Shown: positions 1 to 17,274 of the stretch, in pieces
How positions within the stretch are numbered: position 1 is the first letter of the stretch
Layout of the letters: the number at the start of each line of letters is the position of its first letter
DNA from: Alphaproteobacteria bacterium
Lineage (GTDB): Bacteria; Pseudomonadota; Alphaproteobacteria; Bin95
DNA: 64,000 nucleotides
Reading direction: 5' to 3'
Assembly: GCA_964291285.2 (NCBI GenBank)
Contig: OZ219786.1
Span: 1,344,001 to 1,408,000, forward strand
The notes under the pieces: generated by a model
The model's database searches: none
Seen by the model: the letters and a program-made list of their open reading frames with translations, nothing else
What the model was told of the DNA's origin: nothing
Made by a program: the position numbers and the translations under genes

Positions 1-7363
<7,363 letters not shown>

Positions 7364-7547
7364 GTCCGATCCACCCTGTTCCACGCCGGCCGGCGGCCGG
7401 CGGCAAGATCATTGTTTAACTGGGTTGCGGCACGAAAATGGCAAACGGCAGCGAAGCCGCGCGCCCCTCTTCCGGGCCCGCAGCCGCGCCTGCCCCTGAT
7501 TTCCGGCCCGGAAACCGGGCCGTTGTCCATTCGGCCGGTCAATCCGG

Positions 7548-7922
7548 CTACTTCAGTTCTACCGTGGCGCCCGCTCCTTCGAGCTTCTCCTTCAACTCCT
7601 CGCCTTCGTCCTTGCTCACGCCTTCCTTGACGGGCTTCGGCGCGGACTCGACCAGCTCCTTGGCCTCCTTGAGGCCGAGGCCGGTAATGGCCCGGATTTC
7701 CTTGATCACATTGATCTTCTTTTCGCCGAAGGACGCCAGGATGACATCGAATTCGGTCTGCTCTTCCACAGCGGCGGCAGCTTCGCCGTTCGACGCCGCG
7801 GCGACCGCGACCGGCGCGGCGGCGGACACGCCCCACTTCTCTTCGAGCATCTTGGACAATTCCGCCGCCTGGATGACGGTCAGTTCCGAAAGTTCGTCGG
7901 CGAGTTTCTGTAGATCGGCCAT
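7548..7922 (-). CDS. rplL: 50S ribosomal protein L7/L12
   Basis: [30 protein letters not shown]; synteny. Confidence 0.99.
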   Translation of the reverse strand: MADLQKLADELSELTVIQAAELSKMLEEKWGVSAAAPVAVAAASNGEAAAAVEEQTEFDVILASFGEKKINVIKEIRAITGLGLKEAKELVESAPKPVKEGVSKDEGEELKEKLEGAGATVELK

Positions 7923-7986
7923 CTGTTGTTACTCCTGGGTTCGCTTTCCGGTTCGTGTTTGGCTCAAGTCTGCCGGCTGCGGGCGG

Positions 7987-8496
7987 TCAGCCCGAGTCGC
8001 CGCGGGCCGAGAAGACGCGCGCAAGCTGCGCGCCGGGTTCGCCCAGCAGGCGCGCAATCTTGCTTCCCGGCGCCTGCAGCAGCCCCACGATCTTGCCCCG
8101 CAACTCGTCCAGCGAGGGCAGCTTCGCGAGCGTGTCCACCCCCACTTCGTCCAGCGTCTCGGCACCGAGCATGCCGCCCAGCACGGAGAGCTTGCCGTTC
8201 TCATTGGCATAGTCGACGGCCACCTTGGCCGCCGCCACCGGGTCGGCCGAGAACGCGACCGCCGTCGGGCCGGAGAACAGGGGCTGGATATCGGCGAAGG
8301 CTGTCTTTTCCAGCGCGCGTTTCGCCAGCCGGTTCTTGGTGACCCGGAACGTAACGCCCGCCGCGCGCATGCGCCGGCGCAGGTCCGTCATCTCGGCCAC
8401 CGTCAGTCCGGAATGCCGGGTCACGACCATGAGTTCGGCGCTGCCGAAGCTCTCGGTCATGTTCCGGACCAATTCCTCTTTCTGCTTCTTGAGCAA
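7987..8496 (-). CDS. rplJ: 50S ribosomal protein L10
   Basis: TTG start; GLTVAEMTDLRR, VTKNRLAKRAL, LPSLDELRGKIVG; synteny. Confidence 0.97.
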   Translation of the reverse strand: MLKKQKEELVRNMTESFGSAELMVVTRHSGLTVAEMTDLRRRMRAAGVTFRVTKNRLAKRALEKTAFADIQPLFSGPTAVAFSADPVAAAKVAVDYANENGKLSVLGGMLGAETLDEVGVDTLAKLPSLDELRGKIVGLLQAPGSKIARLLGEPGAQLARVFSARGDSG

Positions 8497-8603
8497 GGGG
8501 TCCTCTCCTGGGTGGGGCCTGGGCCCCGGTTGGTGTTGACCGCCCTTGCGGACGGCGTCGGACCCTGTCCCGGAAGCGGACGCCGGTCGCCCGGCGCCTT
8601 CCT

Positions 8604-8676
8604 CCCGTCTAGCGTCGGCGCTTTCGCTTTAGGTCCGGCCTGCGGGCAGGCGCGGACACCGACGGTCTCGGACAGG
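8604..8676 (-). promoter_or_regulatory. L10 ribosomal protein leader (autoregulatory RNA)
   Basis: rplA-rplJ spacer reads CCTGTCCGAGACCGTCGGTG...CCTAAAG...GCCGACGCTAGACGGG on the minus strand, resembling the proteobacterial L10 leader; boundaries approximate. Confidence 0.6.
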
Positions 8677-8695
8677 TTTCTTTCGGCGGCCCGGT

Positions 8696-9400
8696 TCAGC
8701 CCGCTCCGCCGAGAGCGCTTGCATCCACGCGCACGCCCGGCCCCATCGTGGAACTCAGCGTGACGCGCTTGATATAGGTTCCCTTGGCGCCGGTGGGCTT
8801 GGCGCGCAGTATGGCGTCGAAGAAAGCGCGGGCATTGCCTTCCAGCGCCTCCTGCTCGAAGCTCGCCTTGCCGATGCCGGCATGCACGATTCCGGCCCGT
8901 TCGACCCGGAACTGCACCTGGCCGCCCTTGGCCGCCCGCACGGCGTCCGCCACATCCATGGTCACGGTGCCGAGGCGCGGGTTCGGCATCAGGCCGCGGG
9001 GGCCCAGAACGCGGCCGAGCCGGCCCACCACCGGCATGGTGTCCGGCGTGGCGATGGCGCGGTCGAAGGCAATCTCGCCCCCGCTGATCGTCTCGGCGAG
9101 ATCTTCCGCGCCCACCAGGTCGGCGCCCGCCTCCCGGGCCTCGTCGGCCTTCGCGCCGCGCGCGAACACCGCCACCCGAACCGGCTTGCCGGTGCCGTGC
9201 GGCAGGTCGCAAACCCCGCGCACCATCTGGTCCGCATGGCGCGGGTCGACGCCGAGATTGATCGCGATATCGACCGTTTCGTCGAATTTGGCGCCGGCCC
9301 GCTCCCGGACCAGGCGCACCGCTTCCGTGAGTTCGTGCTCGACGGTGCGGTCCACGCCGTCCCACGCGGCGCGCATCCGCTTGCCCTTGCGGCTCGCCAT
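8696..9400 (-). CDS. rplA: 50S ribosomal protein L1
   Basis: [42 protein letters not shown]. Confidence 0.99.
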   Translation of the reverse strand: MASRKGKRMRAAWDGVDRTVEHELTEAVRLVRERAGAKFDETVDIAINLGVDPRHADQMVRGVCDLPHGTGKPVRVAVFARGAKADEAREAGADLVGAEDLAETISGGEIAFDRAIATPDTMPVVGRLGRVLGPRGLMPNPRLGTVTMDVADAVRAAKGGQVQFRVERAGIVHAGIGKASFEQEALEGNARAFFDAILRAKPTGAKGTYIKRVTLSSTMGPGVRVDASALGGAG

Positions 9401-9404
9401 CGCG

Positions 9405-9836
9405 TCAGCCCTCCGTCACTTCGAGGCCCATGGACCGGGCGGAACCCGCAAGCATGGCCTCGGCGGCGTCGAGGTCGTTGGCGTTCAGGTCCTCCATCTT
9501 CGTCTCCGCGATCTCCCGCAGCTGCGCGCGCGTGACCTGGCCTGCACTCTCCCGGCCGGGCGTCTGGCTGCCCTTGTCGAGCCCCGCCGCGCGCCGCAGC
9601 AGGAAACTCGCCGGCGGCGTCTTCATCGTGAAGCTGAAGGACTTGTCCGCATAGACGGTGATGATCGTCGGAATCGGCATGCCCTGTTCCTGGGCCTGCG
9701 TTGCGGCGTTGAATGCCTTGCAGAACTCCATGATGTTCAGTCCGCGCTGTCCCAGAACCGGACCGATGGGCGGCTGCGGCGTGGCCTGCCCCGCCGGAAC
9801 CTGCAGCTTGATGTAGCCGCTGATTTTCTTTGCCAT
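9405..9836 (-). CDS. rplK: 50S ribosomal protein L11
   Basis: [34 protein letters not shown]. Confidence 0.99.
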   Translation of the reverse strand: MAKKISGYIKLQVPAGQATPQPPIGPVLGQRGLNIMEFCKAFNAATQAQEQGMPIPTIITVYADKSFSFTMKTPPASFLLRRAAGLDKGSQTPGRESAGQVTRAQLREIAETKMEDLNANDLDAAEAMLAGSARSMGLEVTEG

Positions 9837-9923
9837 TTCGGCTCCCCATATGCGGCGGCGCTGCTGCCGCCGGCGGTCACGGCCGGGGTCGGCCTCCCGC
9901 CTTCGCCTCGTTGCTGTTTGCGG

Positions 9924-10499
9924 TCAGGTTTTTTCCACTTGCGAATATTCGAGATCGACGGGCGTCGCGCGCCCGAAGATCGACACCGAAACCTTGAGCC
10001 GCGCGCGTTCCTCATCGACCTCTTCCACCACGCCGGTGAAGGAGGTGAACGGGCCGTCCGAGACCCGGACCTGCTCGCCGATGTCGTAGATGACCGAGGG
10101 ACGCGGGCGTTCGACCCCTTCGCTGACCTGGTAGAGGATGCGGTTGGCCTCGGGCTCGGATATCGGAATCGGCCGGTTGCCGCCGCCGCCGAGGAAGCCC
10201 GTGACCTTCGGCGTGTTCTTGACCAGATGCCAGACACGGTCGTCCGGACGGCTGCCCGTCCGCTCGGGCCGCTCGGCGTTCTGCTGCGTTTCCATCTTGA
10301 TGAGCACATAACCCGGGAAGAACTTGCGCTCCCCGGTCACGCGCCGCCCGCGCCGGATTTCGGCGACCTTTTCCATGGGCACGCTGATCTCCTCGATCAG
10401 CCCGCCCACGCCCTGCCGGTCCGCCTGCTCGCGGATCGCCGCTGCGACCTTCTGCTCGGAGCCCGAGTGGACATGGATGACGTACCAGAGCGCGGTCAC
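9924..10499 (-). CDS. nusG: Transcription termination/antitermination factor NusG
   Basis: WYVIHVHSGSE, KFFPGYVL, KOW motif VSDGPFTSFTG, SIFGRATPV. Confidence 0.98.
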   Translation of the reverse strand: MTALWYVIHVHSGSEQKVAAAIREQADRQGVGGLIEEISVPMEKVAEIRRGRRVTGERKFFPGYVLIKMETQQNAERPERTGSRPDDRVWHLVKNTPKVTGFLGGGGNRPIPISEPEANRILYQVSEGVERPRPSVIYDIGEQVRVSDGPFTSFTGVVEEVDEERARLKVSVSIFGRATPVDLEYSQVEKT

Positions 10500-10503
10500 G
10501 GCG

Positions 10504-10701
10504 CTATCCCCCGAGCCCGAGCACGACGCGCACGATCCACGCCAGGGCCTGGTCCACGACGAAGAAGAACAGCGCCGCCAGCGTCACCATGACGAACACC
10601 ATGGCCGTGGAGACGCCGGTCTCCCTGCGCGTCGGCCAGGTGACCTTCGCCGCCTCCTGGCGGACCTGGCGGATGAAAGCGCCGGGGCTGGTTCGCGCCA
10701 T
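10504..10701 (-). CDS. secE: Preprotein translocase subunit SecE
   Basis: FIRQVRQEAAKVTWPTRRET followed by one TM helix; between tRNA-Trp and nusG. Confidence 0.96.
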   Translation of the reverse strand: MARTSPGAFIRQVRQEAAKVTWPTRRETGVSTAMVFVMVTLAALFFFVVDQALAWIVRVVLGLGG

Positions 10702-10713
10702 GGCAGCCTCAGA

Positions 10714-10789
10714 TGGCAGGAGCAGCAGGACTCGAACCCGCAACCCCCGGTTTTGGAGACCGGTGCTCTACCAATTGAGCTATGCTCCT
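10714..10789 (-). tRNA. tRNA-Trp (CCA)
   Basis: AGGAGCATAGCTCAATTGGTAGAGCACCGGTCTCCAAAACCGG...GGTTCGAGTCCTGCTGCTCCTGCCA; cloverleaf, encoded CCA end. Confidence 0.98.
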
Positions 10790-10853
10790 ACTGAGATTCA
10801 TGGCTTTACTTTCGGCCCTCCGCCGTTCAGTCATCGTTCGAGGCGCTGGCGCC

Positions 10854-12044
10854 TCAGTCGTCGATGGAGGCGACGACGCCGGCGCCGACGGTGCGTCCGC
10901 CCTCGCGGATCGCAAACCGCAACCCCTCGTCCATCGCTATCGGCGCAATCAGGTTCACCCCCATCGACACATTGTCCCCGGGAAGGACCATCTCAACTCC
11001 CTCAGGCAACTCTACCGTCCCCGTAACGTCCGTCGTGCGGAAGTAAAACTGAGGACGGTAGTTCGAGAAAAACGGCGTGTGACGACCGCCCTCGTCCTTC
11101 GTCAGAACATAGCACTCGCAGTGGAACTTCGTGTGAGGACGGATCGAACCGGGGCGCGCCAATACCTGACCGCGCTCCACCTCGTCACGCTTCGTGCCAC
11201 GAAGCAGAACACCCACATTGTCACCCGCCTCGCCCTGGTCCAGAAGCTTCCGGAACATCTCGACGCCCGTGCAGACCGTCTTCGTCGTCTCCTTCAGGCC
11301 CACAATCTCAACATCGTCGCCCACCTTCACGATACCCTGCTCGACACGCCCCGTAACAACCGTCCCGCGTCCCGAGATCGAAAACACGTCCTCGATCGGC
11401 ATCAGAAACGGACGGTCCTTCGGGCGGTCCGGCTGCGGCACATACTCATCCACCGCCTCCATCAGGTCCAGAACCGACTGGCGACCCTGCGCAACGTCAC
11501 CGTCCTCAAGCGCCGCCAAAGCCGAACCCTTCACCACCGGAATGTCGTCGCCCGGAAAGTCGTAGCTCGACAAAAGCTCACGGACCTCCAACTCGACAAG
11601 CTCCAGAAGCTCCTCGTCGTCAACCTGGTCGACCTTGTTCATGTAAACAACAAGTGCCGGAACGCCGACCTGGCGCGCCAGAAGAATGTGCTCCCGCGTC
11701 TGCGGCATCGGGCCGTCCGCTGCGCTCACAACGAGAATCGCGCCGTCCATCTGCGCAGCTCCCGTGATCATGTTCTTCACATAGTCCGCATGGCCCGGGC
11801 AATCCACATGCGCGTAGTGGCGCGACCCCGTCTCATACTCGACATGCGCCGTCGAGATCGTGATGCCCCGGGCCTTCTCCTCCGGAGCCTTGTCAATCTG
11901 GTCATACGCCGTGAACTCGGCGCCACCGGCCTCCGCCAGGATCTTCGTGATCGCCGCCGTCAGCGTCGTCTTGCCATGATCAACATGGCCGATCGTACCT
12001 ATGTTGCAATGCGGCTTCGTGCGCTCAAATCGAGCCTTGCCCAT
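10854..12044 (-). CDS. tuf: Elongation factor Tu
   Basis: [26 protein letters not shown] motifs; 396 aa. Confidence 0.99.
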   Translation of the reverse strand: MGKARFERTKPHCNIGTIGHVDHGKTTLTAAITKILAEAGGAEFTAYDQIDKAPEEKARGITISTAHVEYETGSRHYAHVDCPGHADYVKNMITGAAQMDGAILVVSAADGPMPQTREHILLARQVGVPALVVYMNKVDQVDDEELLELVELEVRELLSSYDFPGDDIPVVKGSALAALEDGDVAQGRQSVLDLMEAVDEYVPQPDRPKDRPFLMPIEDVFSISGRGTVVTGRVEQGIVKVGDDVEIVGLKETTKTVCTGVEMFRKLLDQGEAGDNVGVLLRGTKRDEVERGQVLARPGSIRPHTKFHCECYVLTKDEGGRHTPFFSNYRPQFYFRTTDVTGTVELPEGVEMVLPGDNVSMGVNLIAPIAMDEGLRFAIREGGRTVGAGVVASIDD

Positions 12045-12110
12045 CGACCTCGTCCCGCTGCGATACCTGGGTTCTGGTTTCTAGTCGGTTCCGTTCGTCC
12101 CGGCCGAAGC

Positions 12111-12184
12111 TGGAGCGGGTGACGGGAATCGAACCCGCACAACCAGCTTGGAAGGCTGGGGCTCTACCATTGAGCTACACCCGC
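12111..12184 (-). tRNA. tRNA-Gly (TCC)
   Basis: GCGGGTGTAGCTCAATGGTAGAGCCCCAGCCTTCCAAGCTGG...GGTTCGATTCCCGTCACCCGCTCCA. Confidence 0.98.
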
Positions 12185-12267
12185 CGGCGCTCCGTCCCGG
12201 TTTCCGTCCGTGCAGTCCTGCGCTGCGCTCACACCCCGCCGTTCGACCGTCGTCCGGGCCGTCCGAA

Positions 12268-12352
12268 TGGTGGAGGGGGTTGGATTCGAACCAACGTAGG
12301 CAACGCCAACGGGTTTACAGCCCGTCCCCTTTAGCCACTCGGGCACCCCTCC
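12268..12352 (-). tRNA. tRNA-Tyr (GTA)
   Basis: GGAGGGGTGCCCGAGTGGCTAAAGGGGACGGGCTGTAAACCCG..., long variable arm, GGTTCGAATCC, CCA end. Confidence 0.98.
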
Positions 12353-12398
12353 GTTCCGTCCCCGAAACGGCGGGCGAAAATGATATGCTCATGCAGCA

Positions 12399-13181
12399 AT
12401 GTCAATGGCCAATCGGACGCAAAATCGCGGCAAACCGCCCGCGGCCGGCGAACTCTGGCTTCATGGCCGCCACACCGTGGCCGCGGCCCTGGCGAACCCT
12501 TCCCGCAAGGTTCGCCGGCTCCTCCAGACGGAGGCCGGCGAAGCGGAGGCCGCGGCGCGCCGGCGCGGCATTCCCGTCGAAACCGTGGAGCGCCGCCTGC
12601 TCGACCGGCGCTTCGGCACCGGCGCCGTCCACCAGGGCATCGCGCTCCACTGCGAGCCGCTGCCCCCGCCCGACCTGGACGCCATCGCGGCGGAGCCCGG
12701 CCCGGCGCGCCTGCTGCTGCTCGACCGGGTAAGCGATCCGCGCAATGTGGGTGCGGTGCTTCGCTCGGCCGAAGCCTTCGACGTGCGCGCCGTCATCATG
12801 CCGGCCGCCGGTGCGCCGGCGGAGACCGCCGCGCTCGCCAAGGCCGCGGCCGGGGCGCTGGAGCGGGTGCCGCTCGCCCGTGTCGTCAATCTCGCCCGCA
12901 CGCTGGAGCGCCTCAAGGCCGCGGGATACTGGTTCGCCGCGCTTGACGGGACGGCGGACCTGCCGCTCGCGCGCCTCGATCTCACCGGCCGGGTCGGCCT
13001 TGTGCTGGGAGCCGAGGGCGCCGGCATCCGCCGCCTGGTGCGCCGCGCCTGCGACTTCGAGGCCGCAATCCCGATGAGCGGCGGCGCCGACAGCCTCAAT
13101 ATCGCCGTCGCGGCCGGCATCGCCCTTTACGAAGCGCATAGGCAGTCCTACATGGCCAATGCTGCCGCCGGGGCGCCCTGA
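12399..13181 (+). CDS. rlmB: 23S rRNA (guanosine-2'-O)-methyltransferase RlmB (TrmH/SPOUT family)
   Basis: HQGIAL, LDRVSDPRNVGAVLRSA, LGAEGAGIR, IPMSGGADSLNIAVA; usual position divergent from tRNA-Tyr. Confidence 0.9.
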   Translation: MSMANRTQNRGKPPAAGELWLHGRHTVAAALANPSRKVRRLLQTEAGEAEAAARRRGIPVETVERRLLDRRFGTGAVHQGIALHCEPLPPPDLDAIAAEPGPARLLLLDRVSDPRNVGAVLRSAEAFDVRAVIMPAAGAPAETAALAKAAAGALERVPLARVVNLARTLERLKAAGYWFAALDGTADLPLARLDLTGRVGLVLGAEGAGIRRLVRRACDFEAAIPMSGGADSLNIAVAAGIALYEAHRQSYMANAAAGAP

Positions 13182-13228
13182 AGCCGCCGCAGCAGCGCCG
13201 GTCAACCGAAAACCTCACGGGAAACACC

Positions 13229-13864
13229 ATGTCTCTGCGTCTAGGCGACGATGCTCCGGACTTCACCGCGGAAACCACCGACGGCGAAGTCTCCTTCCAC
13301 GATTATCTCGGCGACGGCTGGGGCGTCCTCTTCTCCCATCCCGCCGATTTCACCCCGGTCTGCACGACCGAGCTCGCGGCCGCCGCGCGCCTCAAGGGCG
13401 ATTTCGAGAAGCGGAATTGCCGCATTATCGGCCTTTCCGTCGATCCGCTGGGCAGCCACAGGGAATGGGCCAGCGACATCGAGGAAACCCAGGGCCAGGC
13501 GGTCAACTTCCCGATCATCGCCGACCATGACCGGAACGTGTCCACGCTCTACGACATGATCCATCCCAATGCCGCCGAGACGGTGACGGTGCGCTCGGTG
13601 TTCTTCATCGGGCCCGACAAGAAGGTGAAGGCGACGATCACCTACCCGCCTTCCACCGGGCGCAATTTCGACGAGATCCTGCGCACGCTCGATTCGCTCC
13701 AGTTGACCGCCAGCCACAAGGTGGCGACGCCGGTGAACTGGCAGCAGGGCGACGATGTCATCATCCTGCCGGCGCTCACCAACGAGCAGGCGAAGGAGCT
13801 GTTCCCCGATGGCTGGGACGAGCAGAAGCCCTATCTGCGCGTGGTCCCGCAGCCGGGGCGCTGA
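13229..13864 (+). CDS. 1-Cys peroxiredoxin (Prx6 type)
   Basis: FSHPADFTPVCTTE, YPPSTGRNFDEILR, ATPVNW. Confidence 0.95.
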   Translation: MSLRLGDDAPDFTAETTDGEVSFHDYLGDGWGVLFSHPADFTPVCTTELAAAARLKGDFEKRNCRIIGLSVDPLGSHREWASDIEETQGQAVNFPIIADHDRNVSTLYDMIHPNAAETVTVRSVFFIGPDKKVKATITYPPSTGRNFDEILRTLDSLQLTASHKVATPVNWQQGDDVIILPALTNEQAKELFPDGWDEQKPYLRVVPQPGR

Positions 13865-16044
13865 GCGCCGGCTCCCGCCGACAGGCAGAGGTCCCCGGGC
13901 GGTCCCGGCAGCACCTCGCCGACGACCGCCGCCTGCGCATAGCCGGCGGCGGCGAGCGCGGCCAGGCAATCGGCCGCCCGGTCCCCCGGAACGCCGGCCA
14001 GCAGCCCGCCGGCCGTCTGCGGGTCGAACAGCACCGGGCAGTCTTCCGGGTCGAAGGCCGCCGCCGCCTCATTGGCGGGGTGCAGCGTGCTGCGCACGCC
14101 GCGCGCGATGAGGTCGCGGGCGCCCGGCAGCACGGGCAAGGCGTCGGGCCACAGAACGGCCGCGCGGCCCGAGGCCCGGAGCATTTCGCCGAGATGGCCC
14201 GCAAGGCCGAAGCCGGTGACATCGGTGACGGCGACCGCGCCATGCGCGCGGAACGCCTCGCCCGCCTCGCGGTTGGACTGCTGCATGGCGGCAAGCGCCG
14301 CCCCCAGCCACTCGCCCCGGCAGCGGCCGGCCATGTGCGCGGCGAGGATCGCGCCGGTCCCGAGCGGCTTGGCGAGCACGAGCCGGTCTCCGGCTTCCAG
14401 CCCGTCCTTGCCCGTCAGCCGGTCCTCGCGGCCGTGGCCGTCGAGGGCGAAGCCGAGCGCCAGTTCCGCCCCCTCCGCCGTGTGGCCGCCGACCAGCGCG
14501 CAACCGGCGTCGTTCAACACCTCCAGCGCGCCGCGCAACAGCGCTTCCAGGTCCCGTTCGAGCTTCTCGTCGGGCGCGTGCGGCAAGGTCGCCAGGGCGA
14601 GCGCGGTCTGGGGCTCGGCGCCCATGGCATAGATGTCGCCGAGCGCGTGGTTCGCGGCGATGCGCCCGAAGAGCCAGGGGTCGTCGATGAAAGCGCGGAA
14701 CTGGTCCGCCGTGCGGACGGCGACCCGGCCGGGCGGCGGGCGCACGACCGCGGCGTCGTCGCCGAGGCCGAGCGCCACATCCTCGCGCGGCGCAACCTCC
14801 AGGCGGGCCAGCACGCGCGCCAGCGGGTCCGCCGGCAGTTTCGCGCCGCAGCCCCCGCAGCGCATGTCTTCGGCCCCCGGCATTGCCGGCAGGTCGCGGT
14901 AGCGGTCCATCCAGCGCCGGTCGATGCGGTCCTTCCAGCGCCATGCCCAGCCGCCGGCGGCCGCAAACGGCCCCCAGGAGGCGACCGCCTGCCCGCTCTC
15001 GGTCGAAATCAGCGCGAGCGTCCGTTTCTGCGGCTTGTAAGGGCGCAGGGAGTCGGAGCCCGCCGCCAGCCGGCGCAGGTTCTCCGCCAGAACCGGACCC
15101 TGCCGGACCGCGAAGACGCCCGATTTCGGCAAGGCGCGCGCCCCGAACGCGGCGATATCCCCCGCCGCGAAGACCTGCGGGTGGCTGCGCGAGCGCAGGT
15201 TCCGCCCCACCTCGACGAAACCCCGCCCGTCCACCGCAAGCCCGGAGGCCGCAACCCAGCCGGCCGGGGCCGCCGGCGTCGCCAGGATCACCGCGTCCGC
15301 CGGCAGCATCTCGCCGGTCTCCGTCACCGCGCCGCCGGGCTTGACCGCCGCCACCCGAACGCCCGTCCGCGGCTCGATCCCGCAGCGATGCAGCGCCGCC
15401 CCGATCCTCAGGCGCGCCGCCCGGCCGTAAGCCGGCAGGACCTCGCGCATGTCCGAGACGACCGTGAAATGCGGCCCTTCCGCGGAAATGCCCTGTTCCG
15501 CCAGACGCGCGGCCAGCCTGCGTTTCAGCGCAAGCGTGAGCTCGACGCCGCCCGCGCCCGCGCCCACGGTGACGAGCCGGAACCGCCCCCCGGCCTCCAC
15601 CGCACGGCCCTCGACTTCCTCCCAGTGTTCGAGGAACCGGTCCACCGGCTTGACCGGCAGGGCGTGCTCCGCCCCTTCGATGCCTGCCGGGGACGGCGTC
15701 GAGCCGATGTCGAGCGAGACAAGGTCGAAGGCCAGCGCCGGCCGGCCGTCGATTGCGGCTTCATTGCGGTCGAGGTCGAGGCCCGTCACGGCCCCGTGAA
15801 TGAGCCTCGCGCCGGCGAAGGCTGCCAACGGCGCCAGATCGACATGCGCCTCGTCATGGCTGTAATGGCCCGCGACCAGCCCCGGCAGCATCCCGGAGTA
15901 GGGCGTGGCCAGGTCGCGCGTGGCCAGCGTCAGCCGCACGCCCGGGACCGGGGCCATGCCGAAGCGGCGCAGCACCTCCACATGGGCGTGGCCGCCGCCG
16001 ATCAGCAGGATGTCGGTGCGGACCGGCGCCGGCGCGGGCATCAT
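13831..16044 (-). CDS. selD: FAD-dependent oxidoreductase fused to selenide,water dikinase (SelD)
   Basis: N-terminal LLIGGGHAH, VGAGAGG, FAAGD flavoprotein motifs; C-terminal RCGGCGAK, GDDAAV, DIYAMG, GGHT, TDVTGFGLAGH, DPQTAGGLL SelD motifs. Confidence 0.9.
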   Translation of the reverse strand: MMPAPAPVRTDILLIGGGHAHVEVLRRFGMAPVPGVRLTLATRDLATPYSGMLPGLVAGHYSHDEAHVDLAPLAAFAGARLIHGAVTGLDLDRNEAAIDGRPALAFDLVSLDIGSTPSPAGIEGAEHALPVKPVDRFLEHWEEVEGRAVEAGGRFRLVTVGAGAGGVELTLALKRRLAARLAEQGISAEGPHFTVVSDMREVLPAYGRAARLRIGAALHRCGIEPRTGVRVAAVKPGGAVTETGEMLPADAVILATPAAPAGWVAASGLAVDGRGFVEVGRNLRSRSHPQVFAAGDIAAFGARALPKSGVFAVRQGPVLAENLRRLAAGSDSLRPYKPQKRTLALISTESGQAVASWGPFAAAGGWAWRWKDRIDRRWMDRYRDLPAMPGAEDMRCGGCGAKLPADPLARVLARLEVAPREDVALGLGDDAAVVRPPPGRVAVRTADQFRAFIDDPWLFGRIAANHALGDIYAMGAEPQTALALATLPHAPDEKLERDLEALLRGALEVLNDAGCALVGGHTAEGAELALGFALDGHGREDRLTGKDGLEAGDRLVLAKPLGTGAILAAHMAGRCRGEWLGAALAAMQQSNREAGEAFRAHGAVAVTDVTGFGLAGHLGEMLRASGRAAVLWPDALPVLPGARDLIARGVRSTLHPANEAAAAFDPEDCPVLFDPQTAGGLLAGVPGDRAADCLAALAAAGYAQAAVVGEVLPGPPGDLCLSAGAGAQRPGCGTTRR

Positions 16045-16063
16045 GGCGCGGAACGCGGCAGCG

Positions 16064-17209
16064 TCAGCGCTGCTTCACGGCCCCGACGGCGTTCAGGCGG
16101 GCGATCTCGGCGGCCGCGAAGCCCCAGTCGCCAAGCGCCTCGTCCGTGTGCTCGCCGGCATGGGCCGGGCCCCTGGAAACGCCGCTCGGCGTGCCCTCGA
16201 ACACCGGGGCCGGCCCCGGCTGGCGCACGCCGTCCACATCGACGAAGCTGCCGCGGGCGACATTGTGGTGGTGCTCCATCGCCTCGGACATGGAGAGCAC
16301 CGGGCCGAAGCAGATGTCGGTCTGCTCCATGATCGCCGTCCACTCGTCGCGGGTCTTGGTCTTGAAGATTTCGCGCAGGCGCTCGCGCGTATCGCGCCAG
16401 CGGGGCCGGTCGAGCTGGTCCGGCAGGTCGGCGTCCTCCAGCCCGGTATGCTTGAGCAGCAGCGCATAGAATTGCGGCTCGATGGAGCCGACCGAGACAT
16501 GCTTGCCGTCGGCGGTCTCATAGACATTGTAGTAATGCGCGCCCTTGTCGAGCCGGTTCTTGCCCCGCTCCTCGACCCAGGCTCCGGAGGCCAGCGCGCC
16601 GTACATCGGCGTCATCAGCGAGGCCGAGCCCTCGACCATCGAGCAGTCCACCACCTGGCCCTTTCCGGTCGTGCGCGCGCTGACGATGCCGGCCAGCATG
16701 CCGACGGCCATGTAGAGCGCGCCGCCGCCGAAATCGCCGACGAGGTTGAGCGGCGGCACCGGCGGGCCGTCCTCCTCGCCGATGGAGTAAAGCGCGCCCG
16801 AGAGCGAGATGTAGTTGATGTCGTGCCCGGCCGTGTGCGCGATGGGTCCGGTCTGGCCCCAGCCGGTCATACGCCCGATCACGAGCTTGGGATTGCGTTC
16901 GAGCAAGGTGTCGGGTGCGAGGCCGAGGCGCTCCATGACGCCCGGCCGGAAGCCTTCCACGACGGCGTCCGCGCCGTCGCAGAGCCGGAGCGCCGTTTCG
17001 CGCCCGTCCGGATGCTTGAGGTCGATGGCGATGTTCTTGCGGCTCCGCAGCAGGGTGTTGAACTTCGGGTGCTCGGCCTCCCTGCCGACATTGGCCGCGC
17101 GGTCCACGCGCAGCACGTCCGCGCCCATGTCCGCGAGCAGCATGCTGCAAAACGGCCCCGGCCCGATGCCGGCGAATTCCACGATCCTGACCCCGTCCAA
17201 CGCGCCCAT
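16064..17209 (-). CDS. CaiB/BaiF CoA-transferase family III, alpha-methylacyl-CoA racemase-like
   Basis: EFAGIGPGPFCSMLLADMGADV, EGFRPGVMERLG, GHDINY, NLVGDFGGG. Confidence 0.92.
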   Translation of the reverse strand: MGALDGVRIVEFAGIGPGPFCSMLLADMGADVLRVDRAANVGREAEHPKFNTLLRSRKNIAIDLKHPDGRETALRLCDGADAVVEGFRPGVMERLGLAPDTLLERNPKLVIGRMTGWGQTGPIAHTAGHDINYISLSGALYSIGEEDGPPVPPLNLVGDFGGGALYMAVGMLAGIVSARTTGKGQVVDCSMVEGSASLMTPMYGALASGAWVEERGKNRLDKGAHYYNVYETADGKHVSVGSIEPQFYALLLKHTGLEDADLPDQLDRPRWRDTRERLREIFKTKTRDEWTAIMEQTDICFGPVLSMSEAMEHHHNVARGSFVDVDGVRQPGPAPVFEGTPSGVSRGPAHAGEHTDEALGDWGFAAAEIARLNAVGAVKQR

Positions 17210-17274
17210 GGCCTCATTGCTCCCTTTCGGCGTTATGGTGGCGCGAGCATAGCGCGCAAGGAAGGACCCGCAAC

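Noticed and set aside
14850-14870. Selenocysteine recoding in selD
   Set aside because: The active-site positions are ordinary Cys codons and the ORF has no in-frame TGA.
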